40,428 nt of DNA from contig JBBTBG010000023.1 of assembly GCA_038043805.1 (NCBI GenBank), positions 1 to 40,428 on the forward strand. Direction: 5' to 3'. This stretch comes from Nanobdellota archaeon. GTDB lineage: Archaea > Nanobdellota > Nanobdellia > Pacearchaeales > GW2011-AR1. Made by a program: the position numbers and the translations under genes. Of this stretch, positions 26,293 through 36,064 are shown in pieces; position 1 is the first letter of the stretch; each line of letters starts with the position of its first letter. Below the pieces are notes generated by a model. The model was not told the origin of the DNA. It did no database searches and saw nothing but the letters and a program-made list of their open reading frames with translations.

Positions 26293-27782
26293 TGCACACC
26301 GAACAATGGATGGACTCCAAAGGATTGATTGTAGGAATCATTTGCGTTCTCATTATTCTTACACTTACAACTTCTTATTATGGATTTGGAGATATTGGAG
26401 ATTATGCGGATACAGCAAAGTTTTTTGCCGGAGACTATAGCGCAAAAATCCGCTCCTCTCATTCCTATCTTCTTGGATTTGTTCATGCTCCGTTTGTGGC
26501 CCTCTTAGGAAGTTTTATCGCATTTAAGATTTCAAGTATAATTATCTTGCTTCTTCTCATATATTCTGTTTATTATATTTCTGCAAGGAACAAAAAAACC
26601 TTATGGATGATGCTCCTTTCCCCTATAGTCTGGTTTATGGCTCCCTGGATAAATCCGATTCAAATAGCAAGTCTTTTTCTGCTATGGGCCTGGTACTTCA
26701 TAAGGGAATATCATCAAACTAATAGAATGCGCTCGCTAGTTTATTCAGGAATTTTAATCGGTCTAGGCTGGGCGTTTTGGGACACGATACTCTATTTTGG
26801 CGTTATTCTTGGGATTTGCTTTCTTTATGACAAAAAAATCTGGCACGGAGCACTCTATAGTATAGCAATTTTTGTAGGGTTATTGCCTCGCATGGTCTTA
26901 GACCAATACCTCTTCGGATTTGCATTCTTTACATCGCTAAAGACATTTCTTTCAGGATTCGCGAATCTTTCTGGAGGAATTTATCAGAGGGCATATGGAC
27001 ATACTCCTTTCTCTCTTACAACTGTTCTGCCTTTTCTGCTTGCACTTCCTCTTACATTTTGGTCACTCTATACTTTTCGCAATTTCCGCAATCATCAAAG
27101 AACAATGATTTTCCTTTCACTCTCTCTTCTTCTATTATTAACAAATCCACAAATTCGCTACGCGTTAGCTCTTGTTCCTATCATGCTGGTTCTTCTTACA
27201 CCTCTTTTCGATAAGAAGCTACTTTGGAGAATCCAAAGTATAGGATCTATTCTTCTTGTTTTGCTAGTTATATTTTCCTATAGCCTACAAATCTCTTCGA
27301 CATTGAATAATCATGTCTATGGAAACGATGTTACCAACTTATTTACAGAGGGCATTCATCTCTCTCCAGGACATCTTTCCTCCCAACTCGAAGAAAATCT
27401 CAATGCTATCGCTCAAGAATTTCCAAGCCAGACTTTCGTTATCGGAAACGAACCAGATACCTACCAAATTCTTGCACATTTCTATTGGGGTAAAAATGTT
27501 AAGGAGTTTGTAAGCATTCAGGATTATGACCTCTTCCTCAGAAACGAAACTATTCTTTATCAAAAAAGATTCCAGCCACAGCCACGTATTCCAGAACGCA
27601 GGCAATTCTATATTGAGGGCGGGCTCAAAAAGAATGAAAACGATCCCACAGACTACCCTGCTATCGAATATGGAATCGGATTCGGAGAGCCGCTAAAGCT
27701 TGAGGGGTTTAGTGTTGTGAAGAAATACAATCTTCTCTATCTCTCAAAGAAAGTAACCGTTTTGAAAACTCCAAGTGTATAA
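26289..27782 (+). CDS. Multi-pass membrane protein, probable GT-C fold glycosyltransferase (ArnT/PMT-like)
   Basis: About 10 TM segments, acidic first loop (GDIGDY), late RY motif (PQIRYAL), soluble C-terminal domain; ATGA overlap with the methyltransferase. Confidence 0.62.
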   Translation: MMHTEQWMDSKGLIVGIICVLIILTLTTSYYGFGDIGDYADTAKFFAGDYSAKIRSSHSYLLGFVHAPFVALLGSFIAFKISSIIILLLLIYSVYYISARNKKTLWMMLLSPIVWFMAPWINPIQIASLFLLWAWYFIREYHQTNRMRSLVYSGILIGLGWAFWDTILYFGVILGICFLYDKKIWHGALYSIAIFVGLLPRMVLDQYLFGFAFFTSLKTFLSGFANLSGGIYQRAYGHTPFSLTTVLPFLLALPLTFWSLYTFRNFRNHQRTMIFLSLSLLLLLTNPQIRYALALVPIMLVLLTPLFDKKLLWRIQSIGSILLVLLVIFSYSLQISSTLNNHVYGNDVTNLFTEGIHLSPGHLSSQLEENLNAIAQEFPSQTFVIGNEPDTYQILAHFYWGKNVKEFVSIQDYDLFLRNETILYQKRFQPQPRIPERRQFYIEGGLKKNENDPTDYPAIEYGIGFGEPLKLEGFSVVKKYNLLYLSKKVTVLKTPSV

Positions 27783-27813
27783 ATATTTATAAATCGTCTC
27801 TCGCTATACGCTT

Positions 27814-28242
27814 ATGAAAAAGATTTATTCAAAAATTGATCCCCCAGTTTTACTCCATATTGTCAATAGAAAAGAAGAAATTGCTCCAACGCGTCAAGAC
27901 CTTTCTCCTAATGAAGAATATCTCCAGGTCGCATGCTTCACACTTCCCAAGGGAAAAACGTTCAGAGCCCATAAACATCTCAAAAACATCCGATCCACAG
28001 ACATTACACAAGAATCTTGGGTCGTGATCAAAGGAACAATAAAAGCGATTCTCTACGATCTCGATGATAAGATCATTGAAGAAGCGATTCTTAAAGAAGG
28101 AGACTGTTCCATCACCTTCCATGGAGGGCATACGTATGAATCATTGGAAGAGAATTCCATAGTGTATGAATACAAAACAGGTCCTTACAAAGGGCAGGAT
28201 CAGGACAAGACCTTCATTGAGTCTTCAGATCAAGGAGCTTAG
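27814..28242 (+). CDS. Cupin-fold protein (WbuC-like)
   Basis: AHKH...TQESWVVIKG...GGHTYE...YEYKTGPY cupin metal motifs in a sugar locus. Confidence 0.75.
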   Translation: MKKIYSKIDPPVLLHIVNRKEEIAPTRQDLSPNEEYLQVACFTLPKGKTFRAHKHLKNIRSTDITQESWVVIKGTIKAILYDLDDKIIEEAILKEGDCSITFHGGHTYESLEENSIVYEYKTGPYKGQDQDKTFIESSDQGA

Positions 28243-28245
28243 GAG

Positions 28246-28863
28246 ATGGATTATATTTCCATACGCAGTGCAACGCCAAAGGATCTTCCTGCCATTGTTG
28301 AACTTGAAAATACAATCTGGCCAGAAGGGACACGCGCACCCAAAGAAAAGTTTGAAAGTCGTCTTGCGGTGTTTCCAGAGGGTTTTTTTCTCGCGTTTAA
28401 AAATAATCAACTTATTGGAGCATCCACATCAGAAATCATAGACTATGCTCCAACATCTCCCCCCACAAGCTGGGAATTTATTACAGATAATGGATATATC
28501 AAGAACACACACATACCAAATGGAAACGCACTCTACATCGTTTCACTCGGAGCTCTCTCAAGAAGCGGGGGCGGCTCTGCTCTACTCTCACGGCAAAAAG
28601 AGCTTGCACAGCAAAAAGGATTACAGTATCTTGTTCTCGGTGCAAGAATTCCAGGATATGATTCTTATTGCACATCTGTCAAAACGATATCTATAGAAGA
28701 ATACGTGAAATTAACACGCGAAGACCATGCGTTACACGATCCTGAACTGCGGTTTTATACAAAAAATGGACTCTCACTTGCAAGAATCATGCCCAACTAT
28801 ATGGAAGATGATCAAGAAAGCAGAAATTACGGGGCTCTGATGGTCTGGAAAAATGAATCTTAA
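28246..28863 (+). CDS. GNAT N-acetyltransferase (YkwB-like)
   Basis: IRSATPKDL, FPEGFFLA, ITDNG, GARIPGY, DPELRFY, NYMEDDQESRNYGALMVWKN. Confidence 0.78.
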   Translation: MDYISIRSATPKDLPAIVELENTIWPEGTRAPKEKFESRLAVFPEGFFLAFKNNQLIGASTSEIIDYAPTSPPTSWEFITDNGYIKNTHIPNGNALYIVSLGALSRSGGGSALLSRQKELAQQKGLQYLVLGARIPGYDSYCTSVKTISIEEYVKLTREDHALHDPELRFYTKNGLSLARIMPNYMEDDQESRNYGALMVWKNES

Positions 28864-29312
28864 ATCTTTACTTCATCTTTCCCGACTTCTACATACATAA
28901 ATCCATTTGGATTTTCAGGTCTTTTCTTAAAGCCAAACTTTTCATAAAACTGCACAGAGACTTTGCTCGGACACGTTCCGAGTAAGTAGCCCTTTTTATC
29001 TTTAATCTTAGACATTAAAATTCGCATCATTTCCTTTCCAACACCCTTTCCCTGATATTCAGGAAGCACAATTGTATCTTGAATATATCCATACATTGCC
29101 AAATCTCCAGACAGGCGTACCATCCCCACAATTTCTTTTCCATCATAGGCACATACGCAATACGGCGCCTTATCAAGCGATTCCTGGGCGCGTTCATCAC
29201 TGATGTCTCGCTCTGCAAGGTTCCATTCCACTGCATCACGCAACCCTTTGTATTCTTCAAGAGAAGGGGTTTTTTCAGTATAGGTTATCATCTGTTCTAA
29301 GGTCGCTCCCAT
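28860..29312 (-). CDS. GNAT N-acetyltransferase
   Basis: IVGMVRL, IVLPEYQGKGVG acetyl-CoA motif, FYEKFGF; start at ATG 29312 by TATA spacing. Confidence 0.88.
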   Translation of the reverse strand: MGATLEQMITYTEKTPSLEEYKGLRDAVEWNLAERDISDERAQESLDKAPYCVCAYDGKEIVGMVRLSGDLAMYGYIQDTIVLPEYQGKGVGKEMMRILMSKIKDKKGYLLGTCPSKVSVQFYEKFGFKKRPENPNGFMYVEVGKDEVKI

Positions 29313-29351
29313 CTCTATTTGCAAAGAGTATGATTTTTAAGCTTTGTGGTG

Positions 29352-29972
29352 CTAGTAAGTTAAAGGAATGCTGTGCTCAGAATGGACAATTACTTTTTCA
29401 GGATTAGGTATGATTTCTCTGTGAAGAGAGTAATGTTCTCTTAAAAATCTATCCAGAATGACTCCATTTGCATAAGCAAAAAGAACTTTCCCCCTAAGCA
29501 ATTCATCAAGTGTAACAACACATGCATCTCCTTCATTCGTAATTCTTTTTCCTTGAGCAATATGTTCTCGAGCAAGAGCAAAAGCATCTTCTGGAAGCGT
29601 TGAGAGATAGGTATTTCCATAAACATTCAAGTCTTTATCAAGACCACCATCTACACAGGGAATGGTAACAAGAAAGGACACCCATGGTTTGAGATTACTA
29701 CTATTTAATATAGCCTCTCTTATTAAGACAAGGTCTTCTCTTGGAGCAAACGATTCTTTATACTTATTACTAGGCTCTATTTCTTCACAAAGTTCTCGTG
29801 ATAAAGTGAAGTGTGGAGAGATATCATTCTCATTCTTATTACCTCCCATAAGCTTTTTCCTTCCATAATATAAAGGTCTTTTTCTCCAAGTCATTTCTGA
29901 GCACAAATAGCTATCGCTTTCTTTTGCCTTTATAATTACAAGACTTGAATGTACTATTGCTCCTACGTCCAC
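29352..29972 (-). CDS. Divergent NUDIX-like protein
   Basis: MGGNKNENDISPHFTLSRELCEEI resembles a Nudix box; GTG start is 21 nt from TTTATATA (29994-30001). Confidence 0.6.
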   Translation of the reverse strand: MDVGAIVHSSLVIIKAKESDSYLCSEMTWRKRPLYYGRKKLMGGNKNENDISPHFTLSRELCEEIEPSNKYKESFAPREDLVLIREAILNSSNLKPWVSFLVTIPCVDGGLDKDLNVYGNTYLSTLPEDAFALAREHIAQGKRITNEGDACVVTLDELLRGKVLFAYANGVILDRFLREHYSLHREIIPNPEKVIVHSEHSIPLTY

Positions 29973-30027
29973 ACACGCGCAAACGGTGAGCTATATATAA
30001 AGCTTTTTATGATTTCTGGTCAGCAGA

Positions 30028-30528
30028 CTATAGTCTTTTTATTCTTTCAATAATCTTAGATGTTGAGACATTATCAAATTCAACAGGGCACTCTCTTTTT
30101 AAGAGAAGAACCTTGACTTGAAACTTTTCCGCAACTTCTTTTGTGTCCGAGACTCTGAATCCATCCTCATTCACAGCATAGAAATCAGGCCTGAGTCTCT
30201 GAAAAATATAGGACAGAGGAGAGAAAAATATTTTTTCTCCGACATTAGAGGGGCAATCTATAAAGCAATAATCAACACATTTTAATGAGTCAACCATCTT
30301 TATTCGAACATGTTCGTTCAAGATAGGTCTTTTTTCTCCTTTATATGATCGTAGGGTTTGGTCATCTCCTACTCCAACAACGAGAACATCTCCATATTTC
30401 TTACAGTCTTCAAAAAATAAAATATGCCCGGCATGGAGTAAATCAAAACTTCCAGAACAGAAAATTATCTTACTTTCCTTATACTTTTCTCTTAAATTAA
30501 CAAGATCGTTATACGTAACAATAGTCAT
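30028..30528 (-). CDS. Cytidylyltransferase-family nucleotidyltransferase (RfaE/HldC- or TagD-like)
   Basis: SGSFDLLHAGH (HxGH), GDVLVVGV, KGEKRPI, VSTSKIIERI. Confidence 0.85.
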   Translation of the reverse strand: MTIVTYNDLVNLREKYKESKIIFCSGSFDLLHAGHILFFEDCKKYGDVLVVGVGDDQTLRSYKGEKRPILNEHVRIKMVDSLKCVDYCFIDCPSNVGEKIFFSPLSYIFQRLRPDFYAVNEDGFRVSDTKEVAEKFQVKVLLLKRECPVEFDNVSTSKIIERIKRL

Positions 30529-31622
30529 ATCGTATAAAACTCCTTGATTTTCTGGCTCACATACAAAATCTCTTCTTCATTCAAGTGTGGACCATTCGGC
30601 AGCCAAAGGACATTACTAGAGACAAAACTTGCATTCGGAAAGTGCTCATCGCTTCCCTGATGCCAATACGGCTTGTTGTGATGGAGTGCAGACCAGCATT
30701 CTCTAGGGAAAATATTTTGTGCATTGAGAAAGGTAATGAGTTCTTTGCGTTGAGGAACAATCGGATCAATCCAGAGGGGAACTTCTTGTCCTTTAACTTC
30801 AGGAAAAACAATTCCTGGAATAAAAGAAAGCTGTGTATGGTAGAGTTCAAATTGCCTGCGCAAAAGCTGTTTGCGCTGTTCAATCTTTTTCAATTGTCCT
30901 AGAGCAAGTGCAGCAGCAAGATCGCTAAATTTGAGGTTGTATCCTTCAACCTCATGCAAAAATTCTTTATTGCTAAATCTGCCAAAATCGCGGATGCGGC
31001 GCATTGTTTCATGGTAACGCGTATCGTTCGTGACGACAAATCCGCCCTGCCCAGAAGTGATGATTTTGTTAGATTGCATTGAAAAGCACCCGACTTTTCC
31101 AATCGTACCGAGCATTCTACCCTGTTCATCTTTTGAGCCAAGAGCACCTGCAGCATCTTCAATGATCGTAAGTTTGAGCTCCTCTGCAATCTTTTGTAGA
31201 CTTTGCATATTTGCGGCTTTGCCAAGCACATGCACAGGAAGTATGGCTTTAGTACGAGGAGTTAAGTTTTTGCGTACAGAATCGATATCAAGACAATATC
31301 TTTGTTTTTCAACATCGCAAAGAACAGGATTCCCTCCAGCCCATGAAACCGCTGTTGCAGTCGCAAGCATAGTCATATCAGGGACAAGTACCTCATATTC
31401 ATTCAGATTGCGAATCAGCTTATCCGCGCGCAACGCCAAGTACAATGCAGTCGTACCGTTGCACGTCATAATTACATGTTTCACGCCAAGATATTTTTGG
31501 AGTTGCTCTTCAAGTTCTTTCGTTTTCGGCCCTTCATTGACATAGTTATCTTGCAGAACCTGGCTTACGTTAGCGAGATCTTCTGCATCAAATCGGGGCT
31601 CGTTCCAGCGTATAGTTTTCAT
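30525..31622 (-). CDS. DegT/DnrJ/EryC1/StrS PLP aminotransferase (perosamine synthase-like)
   Basis: NGTTALYLAL, ATATAV, ILPVH, IEDAA, FSMQSNKIITSGQGG, GYNLK; translationally coupled to gmd. Confidence 0.88.
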   Translation of the reverse strand: MKTIRWNEPRFDAEDLANVSQVLQDNYVNEGPKTKELEEQLQKYLGVKHVIMTCNGTTALYLALRADKLIRNLNEYEVLVPDMTMLATATAVSWAGGNPVLCDVEKQRYCLDIDSVRKNLTPRTKAILPVHVLGKAANMQSLQKIAEELKLTIIEDAAGALGSKDEQGRMLGTIGKVGCFSMQSNKIITSGQGGFVVTNDTRYHETMRRIRDFGRFSNKEFLHEVEGYNLKFSDLAAALALGQLKKIEQRKQLLRRQFELYHTQLSFIPGIVFPEVKGQEVPLWIDPIVPQRKELITFLNAQNIFPRECWSALHHNKPYWHQGSDEHFPNASFVSSNVLWLPNGPHLNEEEILYVSQKIKEFYTI

Positions 31623-32668
31623 GGTCTTAAGCGTTGCAGCTCTTGTGCTTTAAGGCGCGCTTGCTCTAAAGTAAATCCTTTTTCCTTAAGATCTTCTTCA
31701 ACCATCATACGCACAAGGTCTTTGAATTTTGTTTTGGATTCCCAGCCAAGGATAGTTTTTGCTTTTAAGGAGTTTCCTAGAAGTGCAGGGACCTCTGCAG
31801 GTCGTAAATAACGGTCGCTCGTTTCTATAAATTTTCGATAGTCAACTTCTAGAAGAGAGAAGGCTTCTTCCAAAAATTCCCTGACCGTGTGAGTTTCTTC
31901 AGTTGCAATGACAAAATCATCTGCTTTCTCATGCTGCAAGATGAGCCACATCGCTTCGACATATTCTTTTGAGAATCCCCAGTCCCTTTTTGCATCGAGG
32001 TTTCCCAAAATAATTTTTGCACGTTCTCCTGCAATAATCTGTGAAATCTCTTGGGTAATCTTTTTTGTAACAAAGTTCAAACCCCTACGGGGGCTTTCAT
32101 GATTAAAAAGAATACCGTTGGCCGCAAAAAGACCATACGCTTCGCGATAGAGGCGGGTCAAATGGAACGCTGCAACTTTAGAAACCCCATAAGGACTTTG
32201 AGGCATAAACGTAGTAGTCTCACTTTGAGGTGGTGGAGAACGCCCGAACATTTCTGAAGATGAAGCCTGATAAAATTTACAATGAAGTTTCATTTGTCGT
32301 AGAGATTCCAGAATACGTAAGGTGCCTAACGCATTAATATTAATCGTCGATTCAGCATTCTCAAAACTAATACCTACATGACTTTGGGCACCCAAGTTAT
32401 AAATTTCATCAGGCTTAAACTTTTCTAAGGCATTACGGATACTCTGCGAATCAGTGAGGTCTGCATATGTCAAGACAAAAGGGCAATACGGATCGTGATC
32501 GTCACGATGTTTTGCAAGAAGATGATCAATGCGTTTAGTATTGGGGTGACTTGCTCTTCGTACGATACCGCGCACCAAATACCCTTTCTCGACAAGCAGT
32601 TCTGCGAGATACGAACCGTCCTGACCGGTGACACCTGTGATCAGTGCCACTCTTCTTTTTTTATCCAT
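31619..32668 (-). CDS. gmd: GDP-mannose 4,6-dehydratase
   Basis: ITGVTGQDGSYL, YNLGAQSHV, QASSSEMFG, SPYGVSK, GILFNHESPRRG, GNLDAKRDWG. Confidence 0.95.
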   Translation of the reverse strand: MDKKRRVALITGVTGQDGSYLAELLVEKGYLVRGIVRRASHPNTKRIDHLLAKHRDDHDPYCPFVLTYADLTDSQSIRNALEKFKPDEIYNLGAQSHVGISFENAESTININALGTLRILESLRQMKLHCKFYQASSSEMFGRSPPPQSETTTFMPQSPYGVSKVAAFHLTRLYREAYGLFAANGILFNHESPRRGLNFVTKKITQEISQIIAGERAKIILGNLDAKRDWGFSKEYVEAMWLILQHEKADDFVIATEETHTVREFLEEAFSLLEVDYRKFIETSDRYLRPAEVPALLGNSLKAKTILGWESKTKFKDLVRMMVEEDLKEKGFTLEQARLKAQELQRLRP

Positions 32669-32705
32669 TATCAGACGCCACGCAGAAGGGGATATATAAA
32701 GATTA

Positions 32706-33890
32706 TTATGTTGAGTTCAATGCGCCATTAAAGACCTCTAAAAGGTGAATATTTCTTTTTTCAAGTGAATATTTGCCGAGGGCATTCACAAGACTTTTTG
32801 TTGCTTTCGACATCCTTTTGCGTAAAAGAGGATCTACAATAAGATTTTCTATCTCTAAGGCATACTCTGAAATAATTGCCTCATCAAACGTTTTCTTATA
32901 CAACTGTAGGTAACGCAAATGATGATTTCGTAGATAGTCAGCCATATTCTTCTGGCTTCCAAGGAGTGACGAGCAGTCAACAGTATATCCATTCTTACCA
33001 TCAATGACCATTTCAGGAATCATCCAAAAATCAAAGACAACTGCAGGCACTGCAAAATTCATGCATTCAAGCAAAAGTTGGATGCCTGGTATGGGTTCAA
33101 GAAGTAAATCCGATTCAATAAACAACTTATTCATTGCATCTTGTGAAAGAAATTTTCTTTGAAAAATAAGTCCCTGCAAATATTCATATTTCCGCTGAAT
33201 CCAATCAGGAATATGCGCGCGTATAATAAAACGCAAGTTATCATATTTCTTAACAAGACGAGCATAAACTTCAAGTGCGATAATGCCTCCTTTTTGTTCA
33301 AAATCTCGGGGATTGTTAATAGAGGAAACGAAGAGTAGCCGGACCTCTTTCTTAGAAAAATTTTTTTGCACAGGAGTTGAGCGGATTGCAAAGGGGATAA
33401 TGTATATCTTTCTGATAAATGACGAACAGTCAATAGTCTTTACAAGTGACTGGTATGCAATATCATTCCAACAGATAATTGCTTTGCATCGTTCTTTTGA
33501 GAATTCCTTACGTATTTTCTCCTTATCAAGACGATAGTAGTCATTTTCCGAGAGGGAGATCACATTTTCAACTTCAATAACGTAAGGTTTCTCTCCGGGA
33601 GGAATCTCATTTGCAGAAAAGATAAGGTCATACTCTCCTCCAGCATCCTCTTCTTTTGAAAGAATAGTTCGTGCATCTCGAAGAGAAAACAAAGGGCGTA
33701 TCATCTTATGATAAAACGCGCGAGCGCGTGGACTTCGCGAGAGTTTCACAAACCATTCAGATTGTTTATTTTGTACGGGATTGTACAAGAGAGTATACTG
33801 TTTTGAAAGAAAATCAATAGTCGAGTTGTATACACTATGTCTTTTATGATGAAAAGGATAGAGTGCAATAGTCTTCTTTTCCTGAGTCAT
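32706..33890 (-). CDS. GT4-like (GT-B fold) glycosyltransferase
   Basis: LLFVS..FEQKGG, LLECMNFAVPAV, IPEMVIDGKNGY, LRKRMS; start at ATG 33890 by TATA spacing. Confidence 0.8.
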   Translation of the reverse strand: MTQEKKTIALYPFHHKRHSVYNSTIDFLSKQYTLLYNPVQNKQSEWFVKLSRSPRARAFYHKMIRPLFSLRDARTILSKEEDAGGEYDLIFSANEIPPGEKPYVIEVENVISLSENDYYRLDKEKIRKEFSKERCKAIICWNDIAYQSLVKTIDCSSFIRKIYIIPFAIRSTPVQKNFSKKEVRLLFVSSINNPRDFEQKGGIIALEVYARLVKKYDNLRFIIRAHIPDWIQRKYEYLQGLIFQRKFLSQDAMNKLFIESDLLLEPIPGIQLLLECMNFAVPAVVFDFWMIPEMVIDGKNGYTVDCSSLLGSQKNMADYLRNHHLRYLQLYKKTFDEAIISEYALEIENLIVDPLLRKRMSKATKSLVNALGKYSLEKRNIHLLEVFNGALNST

Positions 33891-33943
33891 TGCTTTGCAA
33901 ATAGAGAATCTTTTAAAAACTCTTCGTATGTGAACAGTCAACT

Positions 33944-34029
33944 ATATCCAATGACTTTAATCATTGAACAGTTAGTCGTTGGATATCAAGGGAAAAACAT
34001 ACTATTTTGTTCAGTTATTTATGTTTTTC
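33944..34029. promoter_or_regulatory. Two tandem inverted repeats in the divergent GT4/dehydratase intergenic region
   Basis: atatccaatgact-N17-agtcgttggatat (33944-33986, one G-T pair) and gaaaaacata-N18-tatgtttttc (33992-34029). Confidence 0.55.
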
Positions 34030-34084
34030 ACTATATATACTTTCCTACCAACGAATTTAAATATGCTTTGTCAATGGCATAAGC

Positions 34085-35077
34085 ATGGGTGAGAACATCA
34101 TAAAAAAAGCATTGATTACAGGAATCACAGGCTCAGGTGGAAGTTATCTTGCGGAATATATTGTAAATAATCATCCAGAAGTGGAAGTCCACGGTCTTTC
34201 CCGTTGGCACAGTACTTCTTCTAATAAAAATATCGATGCAATTAAACATAATCTAACTCTTCATGAATGCGATCTTATGGACTTGAGTGCAACACTTGAA
34301 GTGATTCGTACGGTTCAGCCCGATGCTATTTTTCACATTGCGTCGTACGCAAATGTACGAGCCTCTTTTATTAATCCCAAGGCAGTGATGATCAATAATA
34401 TCGAAGGAACACTCAATCTCTTCGAGGCAGTGCGCCTGACAGGTATTAAACCTGTTATTCAACTTTGTAGTACTTCAGAGGTCTACGGCCAAGTGGATCC
34501 TAAACATATTCCTATTAAAGAGGACTGCCCCATCCAGCCTGTTAATCCTTATGCTGTCTCAAAGCTTGCACAGGATTATCTTGGCTTGACATATTTCAAG
34601 AGTTATGGACTTCCCATAGTGCGGACGCGTATGTTCGCCTATCTTAATCCACGAAGAACAGATCTCTTTGCCACATCATTCGCAATGCAAATTGCAAGAA
34701 TCGAAGCAGGTATACAGAAGGAGTTGCTGCACGGTAATCTTAATTCAACGCGCACACTTATTGATGTGCGAGACGCTATGGAATCATATTGGGTAGCGAC
34801 GACTAAAGGAAGACCAGGAGAAATGTATAATATTGGTGGAACAACTATTATTACAGTCGGTGAATTTCTTGATGTTCTCAAGAAATTTGCAAAATGTGAT
34901 ATTCCTTCAAGAGTCGATCCCAAGCTTTTGCGCCCTACAGACGTTACGCTACAGATTCCAGATGTGACAAAATTTTCCATAGAAACAGGCTGGAAACCAC
35001 GCTATTCTTTTGAAGAAAGCGTAAAATACCTTCTCGATCACTGCAGATCTGAAGTGCAAAAGGAGCTGCCTCGATGA
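34085..35077 (+). CDS. GDP-sugar 4,6-dehydratase, DmhA/DdahA(WcbK)-like subfamily
   Basis: LITGITGSGGSYL, GLSRW, CSTSEVYG, PYAVSK, TRMF...PRR, QIARIEAG.Q, GNLNSTRT..DVRDA, LRPTD. Confidence 0.8.
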   Translation: MGENIIKKALITGITGSGGSYLAEYIVNNHPEVEVHGLSRWHSTSSNKNIDAIKHNLTLHECDLMDLSATLEVIRTVQPDAIFHIASYANVRASFINPKAVMINNIEGTLNLFEAVRLTGIKPVIQLCSTSEVYGQVDPKHIPIKEDCPIQPVNPYAVSKLAQDYLGLTYFKSYGLPIVRTRMFAYLNPRRTDLFATSFAMQIARIEAGIQKELLHGNLNSTRTLIDVRDAMESYWVATTKGRPGEMYNIGGTTIITVGEFLDVLKKFAKCDIPSRVDPKLLRPTDVTLQIPDVTKFSIETGWKPRYSFEESVKYLLDHCRSEVQKELPR

Positions 35078-36063
35078 GTTTTTTTAACGGAAAAAAAATA
35101 CTTGTAACAGGAGGCACCGGCATGATTGGCAGACAGCTCGTAGAACTGCTTATTGAAGCAGGAGCACACGTGCGTATTGCATCTTTAGACGATCCTTCAA
35201 GAGCACATCCCAAAGCAGAATTCATGAAAGTCAATCTAATGGACATTAATAATTGCTTGCAAGCATGCAAGGAAAGAGATTTTGTTTTTCATGTTGCAGG
35301 CATTAAAGGATCTCCTAAAATGACTGCTGAGAAACCTGCAAGCTTTTTTGTTCCAACAATTAGTTTTAACACAAATATGATGGAAGCTGCTAGGCAAGCA
35401 GGAGTAAGAAGATATCTTTTTACAAGTACGATTGGAGTCTATGCACCTGCAGAAATCTTTTATGAGGATGATGTTTGGAAAACATTCCCTTCTTCTAATG
35501 ACAAATTTGCAGGTTGGGCTAAACGTATGGGTGAATTGCAAGCAGAAGCGTATAAGATAGAGCATGGGTGGGATAAAATTGCAATCGTCAGACCAGCAAA
35601 TACATATGGACCATTTGATAATTTTGACCCTCAAAATGCAATGGTTATTCCTTCTCTGATTAAGCGTGCGCTCGATGGAGAAGACCCTCTTGTTGTCTGG
35701 GGAGATGGGACTCCTGTGAGGGATTTTGTCCATGCACGTGATGTTGCAAGAGGAATGATGTTTGCTCTTGAGCAATGCCCCCCGTATCCTATCAACTTAG
35801 GAAGTGGAAAGGGATATACAGTCAAGGAAATTGTTGAGATTATCATCAATAATCTGGAGAAAAAACCAAAGATTGTATGGGATACTTCAAAGCCTGCAGG
35901 AGATAAGAAGCGTCTGATGGACATCTCACGTGCAACTGCTCTCGAATGGAAGCCTGAAATTTCACTTGAACAAGGCATTAAGGAAGTCATGGACTGGTAT
36001 AAGAATAATAAGGACACAGTCAATAAACGTTACAATGTCTTCACAGAGAAGAAATTTATCTAA
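35074..36063 (+). CDS. Extended SDR, Fcl/GME-like NAD(P)-dependent epimerase/reductase lacking the catalytic Tyr
   Basis: LVTGGTGMIG, FHVAG, RPANTYGPFDNF, VWGDGTPVRDFVH; YxxxK position reads AGWAK. Confidence 0.85.
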   Translation: MSFFNGKKILVTGGTGMIGRQLVELLIEAGAHVRIASLDDPSRAHPKAEFMKVNLMDINNCLQACKERDFVFHVAGIKGSPKMTAEKPASFFVPTISFNTNMMEAARQAGVRRYLFTSTIGVYAPAEIFYEDDVWKTFPSSNDKFAGWAKRMGELQAEAYKIEHGWDKIAIVRPANTYGPFDNFDPQNAMVIPSLIKRALDGEDPLVVWGDGTPVRDFVHARDVARGMMFALEQCPPYPINLGSGKGYTVKEIVEIIINNLEKKPKIVWDTSKPAGDKKRLMDISRATALEWKPEISLEQGIKEVMDWYKNNKDTVNKRYNVFTEKKFI

Positions 36064-36064
36064 C

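Noticed and set aside
33837-34082. 81-aa + strand ORF in the GT4/dehydratase spacer
   Set aside because: Overlaps the GT4 start and both promoters, has no TATA at the usual spacing, and has an atypical composition.
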